A program made the position numbers and the translations under genes. Source: Lama guanicoe (lineage: Eukaryota). From it: 64,000 nt of DNA. The notes beneath the pieces were generated by a model. The model had not been told where the DNA came from. It saw only the letters and a program-made list of their open reading frames with translations, and did no database searches. Positions 24,425 to 36,700 of this stretch are shown piece by piece. The stretch is taken from assembly GCA_013239625.1 (NCBI GenBank), contig MU054187.1, positions 11,491,231 to 11,555,230 of the forward strand, read 5' to 3'. Each line of letters opens with the position of its first letter. Positions within the stretch are counted from its first letter, which is position 1.

Positions 24425-24944
24425 NNNNNNNNNNNNNNNNNNNNNNNNNNNNNNNNNNNNNNNNNNNNNNNNNNNNNNNNNNNNNNNNNNNNNNNNNNNN
24501 NNNNNNNNNNNNNNNNNNNNNNNNNNNNNNNNNNNNNNNNNNNNNNNNNNNNNNNNNNNNNNNNNNNNNNNNNNNNNNNNNNNNNNNNNNNNNNNNNNNN
24601 NNNNNNNNNNNNNNNNNNNNNNNNNNNNNNNNNNNNNNNNNNNNNNNNNNNNNNNNNNNNNNNNNNNNNNNNNNNNNNNNNNNNNNNNNNNNNNNNNNNN
24701 NNNNNNNNNNNNNNNNNNNNNNNNNNNNNNNNNNNNNNNNNNNNNNNNNNNNNNNNNNNNNNNNNNNNNNNNNNNNNNNNNNNNNNNNNNNNNNNNNNNN
24801 NNNNNNNNNNNNNNNNNNNNNNNNNNNNNNNNNNNNNNNNNNNNNNNNNNNNNNNNNNNNNNNNNNNNNNNNNNNNNNNNNNNNNNNNNNNNNNNNNNNN
24901 NNNNNNNNNNNNNNNNNNNNNNNNNNNNNNNNNNNNNNNNNNNN
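24425..24944. other. Assembly gap (520 N)
   Basis: Run of N. Confidence 0.99.
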
Positions 24945-24993
24945 TATATATATATATATATATGTATATGTATATGTATATCTGTATCTATAT
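24945..24993. repeat. (TA)n grading into (TATATG)n / (TATC)n
   Basis: Read directly after the gap. Confidence 0.9.
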
Positions 24994-26599
24994 CTTTGGG
25001 TTTTGTTTCTGTTCTTTTCTGAATAATTGAAAACAAAACTAACTCCCAGAGAGAAGGGAAATGGAGAACTTTAAATACAGCCAGAGGTTGGAATAATCAT
25101 CGTAGAAAAGCCAAGGGAGCATTAAATTAGAATATGCAAGAGGCTTTGAAAACAGAACTGTGGGTCCAGATGATATTAAATTCCAGAGTCTGCAGCTGCA
25201 TTGATGCGCACGCTCGGATGGTTTGTTCCTGCGTGTTCACCAACCCAAGTGAAGGAGCAGAGACGGAGCGTTAGATTAATCTAAAGTCTGAGTTTTGCCT
25301 GGGTTGCTAGGGGGGAAAAAAGTATTCATCTTGTAATCTTTACCACGGTCCTGATTTTACAAAACCAGTAATGGCCCTTTTACAGACGAGGAAGTGACTG
25401 GCCCACAGTGGACACAAGGGAGGGGGAGAGACAGAAGGAAAATTGAGGCCTCTGATCCCCAGCCCAGTGCATGGTCCTCAGCACTGCAGCTGCCTCTTAG
25501 AACCAGCCGGTACATGGAATGTTTTAGGGAAGCTGACCAGAGCTCTGGGCTTAGATAAGCTGGTTAAGAAAGTACCCTCCTCATTAAGGAACCGTACACA
25601 TCCCACTTGTACGGATAAATAGGCAAAGCTTTACCTTTAGAGTGAAAATGGTCCACTAATAAAATTCCTATTTCAATTCAATAGTTTACGTAATTATAGT
25701 GACTGTGCCCGACCCCAGGATCTCCACGTGCATGGCTGAATTATCATTTAAAAGCGGCATTAATGTATTCGACTCTACATTCTAATTAGTATTCAACTCT
25801 AAAAACAGAAAATCTGTCATTAGCAAAGATGAGGTTACATCAAACACAGTGAAGATCTATTAAAATTTTCCCCCGATGTCTCCCTGTCATCTCCATGTCA
25901 CAGCATGATCAAAACAGAAAGATTCTGGCTACTCGTTCAGGCTGATCAGTACAACGCTCAGATCTCCAGCTTGAGTCAGAGAACCACATGTTTCGTGTGG
26001 GAACTGCAGGCGTATGGAATCAGGGAAGATTTGGTGCTGGGTGGGGGGTGAGGCGGGGATAGGGAGGCAGTAGAATCTTCTTATGTTCCCTCCTCAGAGC
26101 CCCTGGCTCTGCGGAACCCAGCTTTGGTTAGCTTGTGGAGAGCATGGACGGGCTGGGGGTCAGCTCCTCCACCCACCACCCCGCGGCCATCCTGCTGCTA
26201 GCCCTGTCTGAGCTCACATTCATTCACCTCCCTGGTTGGTGCTTTCCTGCCCTTCCCAGTGTCCCCTGACCCCAAGTGTCCCTCCTTCAGCCTCCCACCT
26301 CTGAGCCTCTGCTCCTGATCCAGCCCCTCTCCCAGCCACAGCCAGACAGTTCTGCTGCCCTGCGTTTCTGTTCCTGGTATCCTCCACTGGCCAAGACCCA
26401 GGGAGGGCGGGGGACAAGACAGTGGGGAAAAGGCATCAACTGCGCCCAAGAACATGTGTCTGACTGATGGGGAGAGCAAGGACAGAGCAGCGTGGAGAGA
26501 TGGGTACCAGGACCATGCCTGGGGCCCAGCCTAACGCACAGGTGGTAGAGGATGGAGGTCAATGCAACTGCAGATGTCTGAGACAGTTCCAGGTAAGAG

Positions 26600-26822
26600 C
26601 GTGGGGCCGTACAGATTCCCTGAGTTTGAATCTCTGCCCTGACGCCTACAAGCTGTCTGTCCCCAGGCAAGTTCTGAACATTCCAGGCCCTGGATTTTTC
26701 TCATCTGTAAAATGTGGCTCAGAACAGTTTCTTCCTCATAGGTTGTTAGGACTAAATGACTTAAGACCTATGAGATGATAAAACAGTGTCTCACCCATGG
26801 CATACCCTCAGTAAACGTCAGC
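26600..26822 (+). mobile_element. MIR SINE
   Basis: 'cctgagtttgaatctctgccctg...ttttctcatctgtaaaatgtgg...cctcataggttgtt'. Confidence 0.75.
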
Positions 26823-28478
26823 GAGCATCACAAGTATGAACGTCCTTATTATCTGCTTACTATTAATGAGTTTAAAATTTGCACAAGTATATTGGAATTA
26901 TAATTAGGCAAATGTCCATATGCTATTTAACCTATAAAACTGAATTTAAGCTACTACTTAAATGGTCCAACATAAACCTGTGTGTGTTCTTTAATATGTA
27001 AGCCTTTGTTTGATATCTAGCTACTATGTCTTCTTTTTATTTTTACTATGTCTTCTTAAACACATTAACCTCTGTTAGCTTTTCAGCTACTGTGTGTATA
27101 TATCTGAATGTAAAGAACTCATCGCTGCATTAAGTATTGACAAAGAGAGGACCCTGCTCTGTTCATAAGACGTCTGTGAACATCCTACTGCTCGACCCCA
27201 GGATCTCCTTTATCTACTCATTTATCCAAGCAAATTGATGTGTTAATTGTCCGATTTCCTTTCTTTCTCTTCTTTCAAGCACAACCCCGTGACATTCAAT
27301 TTTCAAGTTTTTCCTCTGGGTCACAATACCGCTTGCCCTTCTAAAGCATGGCTGGACGGAGTCAAAAGGTTTTTATGAAAAATGATACTCAGTGAATTAC
27401 CAAATATTAAAGCTACTGGTGGAATTTTTCCCTTTCTTAATTTTTGTCAGTTTGTGGACACTGTCTGTATGCCTAAGCTTAAAGCAGCATTTAGATCACA
27501 AGAAAACCTTGAGCTGGAAAAGAGGAGGACAAAACTAGGTGACCCACTCACCATCAAGAATGTTTTGGGCTCAGGGAGCTGGAATTGTGCTGCTTTTGCT
27601 GTTGTTAAGAACCACGATTTGCTTTCGGGGTCCCTAGTGCCAACCGCCGTCACGAGGCCAGCCAGCCACCACCTGTTTGGTTGACTTCCCTCTTTCCTAT
27701 TTGACTGTAAGGTTCCTGTGCATGATAATAAAGATAATAATATCTTTATTATCTTCACACCTTTCTGGCACTTACCAAGGCCTGGTGAACGTATGGATGA
27801 ATAAACTAATTTTGTTACTTAGGATTTATTACATAAAATCTTCAAATGACTTATTCTTTTTCATTTTCAATTATTCCTTGAAACAGGCTGTATCTTGTTT
27901 TACAAACAGGAAATCTAAGATCTAATTTGGAACTAACATAACTTGCTAAAACTGGCAGGTACTAAATATCCAGGCTGATGCCTGAAAAATCTCACTGTTA
28001 CCAAAATTCTGATTTGGGCATTATTAGCGAAAGCTTTACCGCCAAGCCACCATGGGTGACAAAGCATGGAAGGTCAGCAGCCCTCAGACACCTCTTTTCT
28101 ACTGTGAGGTCACAGTGGTGCAGCATGTCTGAATTAAGTTAGCAGAGTCTGAATCTCAGAACCTTAGATGTCCGCATGCTCTTTTCTCTAAATTCACTGA
28201 CTCTGTGTATTTCAGAATTTTGTGTATCCAGAATTTTCTTTAGTTAAGTTGAAAAATAGATAGTTGGCAAACCTAAGACTACGAATCAATACGAAACATC
28301 ATTATAAGCCATTATGACTTCCGGGTTCTCCTGCTGTCTTGGGGGAAGGTGGCCGGACACAGGGGAGGGGAGGAGAAAGAGGGGGGTGGTGAGCATCTGG
28401 AAAAGAAAGAAGTACAATGCATCCTCATTCCCATTCTCTCTCTTTTTTCTTTCCCTCTCTCCCCCTTCTCTCTCTTTC

Positions 28479-28481
<3 letters not shown>

Positions 28482-28513
<32 letters not shown>
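28482..28513. repeat. (AC)16 microsatellite preceded by a pyrimidine tract
   Basis: Read directly from the sequence. Confidence 0.97.
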
Positions 28514-28519
<6 letters not shown>

Positions 28520-30779
28520 TCATGTTGGCTATATGCCCAATACGGTGATAACTAACTGTATGTATAGTATTTCATTTAATTCTCAAAATAATATGGATTT
28601 TGAGTTGCTCTGAAATCAGAATGTGGCTTACAATCAATAGTATCTCTACCCTGCGTCATAGCCTAATTAGAAGCATTGCTGCTTTCATAGTAACTCAAAA
28701 TCATGGGGTACCTTACAGTTAAGGAGTATATATAGCTTCTTTCCACATCACAGGTCCGAGGAATCGTCAAACAAGTGACAGAGCAGGGAAATCTATTTAA
28801 CTTGTTTTCATCTGGTTAACAAATGTATTTAGCTTTTCCAAAAACTATGCTTCTAACCTTATCATACAAAAATGTTTTCCTGTCACCCAAGGCTAATTAT
28901 TTTACCCCTTTTTAAGCTTCCACTTTACCGTGCAAATATTTTCTTATAGGAAAGAAGTAACAATTACTGTCAGAGGGGAACAGAAGAGAATATTTTTCAA
29001 GTTCAAACCTTGAAGCTAGCAAATTTTAAACGAGAATTTAAATTTTATCTGAGAATAGATAGTCTAGCAAGTACACATTTTCACAACCTATATGTACATC
29101 CAAAAAAATCACAAAAACATAATGTAACTCTTTCTCTTTCATACACATATCACCCTTGCAAAAAATCTCAGAAACCCCTTCCCAAACTAAAAATGAGGTC
29201 TAAATAAGAATTAATTTATAGTATCTTTATTTTTATAATTCAGTGGCTGCTCTGAGACAGAGACCAGACTATTTCTTTGAATCCGTAACATTTCATAGCA
29301 CAACGTCAAGTCAGATTGTAAAGGAGAGGCAGCAACGTGTCGATCCACGCCCCGATTGATTGGATTAGGAGAGGCAGCCCCTGTGTGTTCAATGGACAGC
29401 CTGAGTCGCTCAGAGCTACCAGCACCTGGAGAGAAGCCTATAGGTTGAGTGGAAGGATCTACAGGGGTTCTTTTAGGAATTCTCTCCAGCTTCCGTTAGA
29501 GGACAGTGCCAGAAGCAGATCTGTCGGGCCACGGCATCCTGTGGCAAAGACCCCATGATGGCCACAGTGTGGCTCAGATGGGACCACCTGCCGCTCATCA
29601 ACAGAGCATGCTTGGAAATGTCTAGCATGGCCCTGCTGAGATGACTAACAAAGCTTTCTAAGGAATTACACACTTCTCAAAACCGTAGCCTCCTTAGTCA
29701 CCTCAGCATGGAGACATCAAACAAAGCTCACGCTGAACTCCCTCCAGGGCAAACGGGTCTCATTCAACCACAGTAATGCTCTCTTCAACTCTGCCAACCC
29801 TGGCAAACGCCGTGCGGTGGGAGAGAAATATGAAAACCCCAGTCTCAGGGATTCAAGGCCTTGAGAGCACTGGAGGGGAGGTAATAAAAAGGCACACTCA
29901 ACAGAGAAAACAACCCCACTTTTCATTTCAGGTTTCTGCAAGGCTCTGGCTGAAATAATACGTAAAATCAGATACCAAGCTGGGCTGTGAAAGGGATTCA
30001 AAAATCAAGTCAAATTAATATTTCATCCTTTATGGCTTAAAAATCTCAAAGAGTTTTCTGCCTCCAGGCAATAAAACCACAGAGGGCAAAAATAACTTGA
30101 AACGATGAGATGCAAAAAAATCAAGAGTGTTTACTTCCGTTTTTCACTGGCTCTGGGAAACTTAAGGTGAAACAGCAAAAGCTTTAAATAAATTACTGCA
30201 AAAGAAGCAGGCTGGCGGGCGGGGGGAGCCTTTTGTAGAGGAAATTTCACAGGAGACTAAATAGGGTCTTATTAACTTTTTCAGTTATCAAAATAAGGCT
30301 CAAAGGAAGACCTCGGTATTAAGTTACTGTACGTAGTTTCGGTTCATAGAGCCAAGGCCTGCAGATGTGGGCCAGTGCCAATTGCAAAACCCCCTTGGAG
30401 GTCCTTTGGGTGAGATCCATTTTCCGTCAGCAGTTCTCAGTGTCTCCCCTCTTCCCTTGTTGTCCAAATCCAGCAGCCCTCAAACTTTTCCCATCGAAGA
30501 GAATTGATCGTTATTATGCGCACGAATAGCTCAGCCACAAAACCTGACAGAGCAAGTCAGGTAGTAAGTAAGCAGATTTTTCAAACTCCATTTATCCAAA
30601 AAAATATTTCTGAGACAAACTTCTACACACTTCAGTTATACTTTGCTAGAGTGTTCTTGCCCCACCAGGGCCAAGTGGAAATTCATTAAAAGCTGTATTA
30701 ATTCTGCCAAGTGACTGAGGAGGACCTGAGCAGCCATTCTATACAGATCATCAACTCACTCATCTAAACGCGCTGTGTT

Positions 30780-33330
30780 TATTTTTCTTTCTTTTTATAT
30801 TGATGGCTTCATGGAGCTGTAATTCACATACCATACAACTCACCTACTTTAAGAAGGGGTTTTTTAGTATATTCACAGACATATGCAACCATCACCACCA
30901 TCATTTTTAGAATGTTTTCATGATCGCAGAAAGAAACACTGCGCTCATTTGCTTTCACAGTCATTTCCTCCCACGCCCCTCCCTCAGCCCTAGACAACCA
31001 CTAATCCACTTTCAGTCTCTATAGATCAGTCTATTCGAGACATTTCATGTAAATGGAGTCATAAAATATGTCTGGCTGCCTTCTATCACTTAGCGGAATG
31101 TTTTCAAGGCTTATCCACGCTGTAGCATGTCAGTACTTCATTCTTATTTGTGACCCAAAGCATAATCCACTGTACTAATAGACTATATTGGATTTATCCA
31201 TTCATCAGTTGATGGACATTTGAGTTGTTTCTATTTCTGGCTATTAGGAATAGTGTTGCTATGAACATTCATGGTCAAGTTTTTATGTGGACGTATGTTT
31301 TCATTTGTCTTGGATATATGCCTAGAGATGGAATTTCTGAATCACATGGTAATTCTATATACTTCAGGAAGTGCCAAACTGTTTTCCAAAACACCTGCAC
31401 CATTTGATCTTCCCCCTGGCAGTGTGTGAGGGCTCTAACTGCTCCACATCTTCACCAGCATTTGTTATTTCTACAAATCATATTTGATTATAAACATCCA
31501 AGTGGGTGCAAAGTGTTCTCACTGAGGTTTTGATTTGTATTTTCCTGATAACTAATGAGGTGGAGCATCTTTTCATGTGGCCATTTATATATCTTCTTTG
31601 GAGAAATATCTATTTGGACCCTTTGCCCATTTTTAATTGGCTTATTTTTCTTTTTCTTATTGAGCTTTAAGAATTCTTCACATATAATAGTGTTCTGTAT
31701 ATAGCATACAAGTCCCTGATCAGATATACGTTTTGCAATTATCTTCTCCCATTCTGTGGGTTGCTTTTCAACTTTTTTGATGGTGCTTTTAACATATAGA
31801 AGTTTTTAATTTTGATAAAATCCAACAGCTGTTTTTTCTTTGGTTGCATTATCTACTTCAAGGTCACAAAGATTTAGTTTATGTTTACTTCTAAAAGTAT
31901 TCTAATTTTAGCTCTTACAGTAAGATCTTTGCTCCATTGAGTTAATTTTATATATATATGGTGTGAAGTAGGGGTCCAACATCATTCGTTTGCATGTGTC
32001 TATTCAGTTATCCCAGCATTATTTTTTGAAAGACTATCCTTTCGTCATTGAATGGTCTTGGTATCCTTGTCGAAAATTGGTTGACCATACATGTATGGTC
32101 AATTCTATTCCAATGACTTTTAGATCTACTTTAAGTCAGTACCATACTGTCTGGATTGCTGTCGCTTTTTATTAAGTTTTGAAATCAAGAAATCTAGGTG
32201 CTCCAACTTTGTTCTTTGTCAGGATTGTCCTGGCCATTCTGGGCCACTTGCATTTCTAAATGAATTTTAGGATCAGCTTGGCAATTTATTCAACGAAACC
32301 AGCTGGAATTTTGATGGGGATTTTGTTGAATCTATCTGGGGAATACAGCCTTCTTAATAACACTGTGTTCCAATTCATGAACATGAGCTGTCTTTCTGTT
32401 TATTTAGGTTTTCTCTAATTTTAAAACCATATTTTGTGGGTTTCAGAATATAAGTTTTGCACTTCTCTTGTTAAGTCTAAGTATCTCATTCTTTCATGCT
32501 ATTGTAAATGCAATTGTTTCCTTAATTTCCTTTTTGAATTGTTCATTGCTAGCATATAGAAATACAACTGATGTTTGTGTACAAGCATATTTTGTTTTAT
32601 AGTGCTTTGCCTTATCTTGCTTCCCAGATACTGCGTGTTTTACAAATTGAAGGTCTGTAGCAACCCTGAGTCAAGCAAGCTTACTGGCACCATTTTTCCA
32701 ACAGTATTTATTCACATTGTATCTCTCCACATCACATTTTGGTAATTCCTGCAATATTTCAAACCCTCCACCAGCAAAAAGATTATGACTTGCTGAAGGC
32801 TCAGATGATGGTTAGCATTTTTTTAGCAATAAAATATTTGATTAATGTATGTATATTGTTTTTTAGACATAATGTTATTGCACACTTAATAGACAGTGTA
32901 AATGTAACTTTTATATGCACTGAGAAACAAAAAAATTCATATGATTTGCTTTATCGCACTCTTTGCTTAATTGTGGTGATCTGGAACCAAACCCACAATA
33001 TCTCCGAGGTATTTCTGTATTAATCTTGTGTTTTGCAACCTCCCTAAACTCATTTACTAGTCCTGATAATTTCTAGGGCACGCCTTAGAATCTTCTCTAT
33101 ACCAGATTGCATAATCTGTGAATAGAGAGGTTGTTACATCTTTCTTTCCAATCTAAAAGCCTTTTATTTCATTCTCTTGCCCAGCTTCCCCAGCTAGAAT
33201 CTCCAGTGCAATGGCAAATAGAAGTGCCAAGAGCAGACCTTGTCTTGTTCCTGATCTTAAGGAGAAGGCATTCAGTCTTACAGTAAGAAGTATGATGTGA
33301 GCTGCAGATTTTTTATAGATGCCCTTTACT
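30780..33330 (-). mobile_element. L1 (L1MB-like) 3' portion of about 2.1 kb, decayed and interrupted by a Tigger element
   Basis: 3'UTR text 'aattcacataccatacaactcacc...tttatccattcatcagttgatggacatttg' and ORF2-antisense text 'gtaggggtccaac...ccagcattattttttgaaagact...cttgtcttgttcctgatcttaagg'. No intact ORF. Confidence 0.9.
32582..33017 (+). mobile_element. Internally deleted Tigger1 DNA transposon (436 bp)
   Basis: Left end 'caagcatattttgttttatagtgctt', right end 'caatatctccgaggtatttctg', internal 'gattatgacttgctgaaggctcagatgatggttagc'. TA dinucleotides flank it at 32580-32581 and 33018-33019. Confidence 0.9.
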
Positions 33331-33454
33331 GCACTGTTTTTAATTTCCCATCACTTAAACAGTAGTTGAGCTAAAATTCATTTTTGTTATTTACAAACGT
33401 GTTGTTAAGCATAACTTTCAGAAAGCTTAAAAAATATATAATTTTAAAAACATG

Positions 33455-33785
33455 TATTTAATTCAACAGAAAACATTTTTTGAGCATCAACCATGTCCCA
33501 GCTCTGTACTAGACTCTGAAAACACACAGTGAATAAAGCTGACAAAAAAATCCTGCCCAGGCTGAGTTTACAATCTACTGTGGGGAAAAGAGACAATACA
33601 CAATAAACCAATATCTAAGAAAATCACACTGAATGTTAGAAGGTGAAAAGCACTACAGAGACAAGTGTTCAGCCTAGCAAGGAAAACCAGGAGTTCTGGG
33701 AGAGGAGCTACATCTTTAGATGGGGCACACTGGTCTCACTGATGAGGGCCATTTGAACAAGACGTAGAGGAGAGGAAGAGCAGCA
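33455..33785 (-). mobile_element. L2 3'-end fragment
   Basis: 'attcaacagaaaacattttttgagcatcaaccatgtcccagctctgtactag...cagtgaataa'. Confidence 0.7.
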
Positions 33786-36700
33786 CACACAGAAAATAAA
33801 TGATCCACCAATTGCACCGTTTTCATCTATCAATTAAAATGGGTTCACCAAGGCTCCCTTGCAACTAAAGGTCGCCATGTGATAAGTTCTGCATAATGTG
33901 ATATAAGCAACAGGAGTCCACCCATTCATGCCTTTCTTCACCTTTCCTACGATCCTGATGCTTGGAATACAGAGATAATGGCTGGATCTCTCCTTTGGAC
34001 CAAGATTCCATGATGAAGCAGAAGTTGGAAGCACTCTGGGTGACTATACCAACTCTGAGTGCCTAACAACACATTGATTACGTGAATAACTATCTCTGAG
34101 AACAAGGCTGGAATAAGAACAGCAACAAAAAACTTGCAGTGTCACAAATACAGATGTCCTATTGGAAAATCTAATCAAAGGACACGGACATTTACCCAGC
34201 TGTCTTCCTCTTCTCCATCACTGACTGACTGCACCAAGTTCAACTGCCTTTCCAAAAGGGTTTGCTACTTATATAGAACATATTTCAAACAAATTTAAGG
34301 AAAGTGTTGCAAAATAATACTGAACTACTCTATATAAAACAATTATACACACGTTGTTCCTTGCCTAGGTAAGAGAAGCATGTGCCTATAATGTTTCTGA
34401 ATATCCACTTCAACAAAAAAAATTATATTCCTCTTTATTGCAAATAGAGCTATAAGAAAAATTTCAATAGCGTGACTTGAAAAAAATTAACCATTAGCCT
34501 GAAAATCAGTCTAACAGTAACAAATGCAAATAACCCCATGTTCTAGCTTCTGGCCGATGGAAAGATGCCGCAACAGGATGTTGAGCCTGGCAGCAAAGCA
34601 AATTTTCCGTGGTCCATCCTGAGGTGGTTCAGGTTTCAAGAGGACATCACTTCAGCTTCTAATAATGTCTAAGCACATGCTTCATTATTTAGCTGAAAAG
34701 AGTAAGGTATTTCCTGCCTGTGTGGTAATAACCATATCCTGGCCGCAGTTAAAGGCCAAGATATTCATTAGCTCTGGACGTGATTTTCATGAGTTAACAG
34801 CATCTCTGAGGAAATGAGAAATAGTAGCATGAACTGGGAGTCAGAGCAGTCTGTCTCCAGCCCCAGCTTGCCGCTGCCTTGAGGCCTGAATCCTTCCGTT
34901 AGTGCCTACACCTTTATTTATCCGTCTACAAAACTGGGATAATATTATACTCCAGCCCCTACTTTCCTCCCTTCCTCAGCTCTTTCAATAATAATCTCAT
35001 TTCCCCTCTCCTATTATGGAGGACAGAATATTTGATGAATAGAGATGAAAGCCAGTGTCATTCTCATTAATAGTTAATATTTTTGTTGTTCTTTACACGT
35101 AATAAGTAATTTTTAAGCTTTCTAAAACTTCAAGAGCCCTGTAAAATGGACATGATTACACCCTTTCACAGCTGGTAAAACTGAAGCCAGAGAAATTAGT
35201 TAACTCACCCAAGGTTCTGTGGCCAATAAATGGCAGAGGGAGAGCTTAAACCGAGACCTTATGACCCCTAAATCCATCGCCTTTCTGTTAAAAATATGTT
35301 GACTCACTACAAAGCAAGCAGGGATCATCCCCATGTTAGCAGGATATAGACCTGCTAACATGGGTCCATGCCCAGGAGAAAGTTCCTGAGTTCTTAAAAG
35401 GAGAAATGTAATCATCAAGCGAACGTGCTCCTTCATGGTCCCTCCAAAAGAAAGCAAATAGTGTAGCAATTCAACCTCGGTTCCATCTCATGCACCGAAG
35501 GAGAAAAAAAATCAATATATCTATAAAAGAAATTTAAAATGCCAAGGAAAGCTATTACATATATCCAAAGTGAAACAGGCAGACACTGACTAACTTGAAT
35601 GCCTCGAATAAGAAGTTGCTCACAAAAAATCAGAGGATTTTTTTGGGTTGAGGATGTGGGGGAGACAGTGGGATGTCTGTTAGTTGATCTTCGGTGAAAG
35701 ATTATCTAATTCAATCGCTCATTTCAAAGAAGAGACTGAGGACCAGAGAGACTCGTGTTTACATTCGTTCATTATCAGATCTGTTGGGTGAATCTTGGAT
35801 ACTGATTTAACCAAGGACATCATACATTCAGTAGAAATGCTCTTACATCTGCTCCTGACACTTTATTCTTTCCCCTGGGTTTTCGGTCCTTTTGAAAACC
35901 TCCCTAATCTTTCTCAACTCAGCTTTATACAAAAAAAAAAAAAAAATGAATCCTGCTCTGCGAATAGAATACAGTGTCTTTGATGACTAAGTCTCTTCAG
36001 AGGGCTCTGGGCCATTCTGAACCTTAGAGATCATCAAGGGGCAATAAATGTAGATGTAGAAATCTGATCTGAGTGTCCTCTGAGCCAGAAAATCCCTTAT
36101 AAGTGATGTTTGCCATTGGGGGGGGGTGTGCACGCATATGCACATTCATGGGAAACATATCCCAGATATAAGGACTCTGCTATTGTAAATCATCAAAGAT
36201 GAATGAAACGAAAACATTTCATCTAATTGAGAGATTTGGTCAACTGACATTTCACTATACTGTGCTCAACTATACAAAAGTTAAAACACTTAAAATGTAT
36301 TTTTCCCTTCTAAGAGTTGCTAAAAATAGACTTATTGGAGGTCGAACAATAAAGGAGAATAAACAAATCAGAGACACAAAGATTTAACCCTCATTCAACA
36401 CCAATTCAACTGAAATCAGGTTCACGTGTAACGTGTTACACTGCACATTTATAACTTCTATTATATCTCCAAGCCTCCTGCTGTTCAGATGAAATAATCC
36501 TTAACCTGCATGATAATATCAAGTCCCTTGCCTTCTCTTTCGTTGTCCCACTACCTTTGGCCATTTTTTCTCTCTTCTTACTCTTACAGTTAATTTCTCC
36601 CAGGTAATCTTCCCGATGAATGTTTCCCCAGGTCCTAAGTCCCAGTGTCACTCTTCTGCCTTAGGTTCCTTTTCCTGAGAGTATCATTAAGTGAGCGCTG

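Noticed and set aside
24341..25036. Four ORFs of more than 200 aa in the ORF track
   Set aside because: Artefacts of translating through microsatellites and the N gap.
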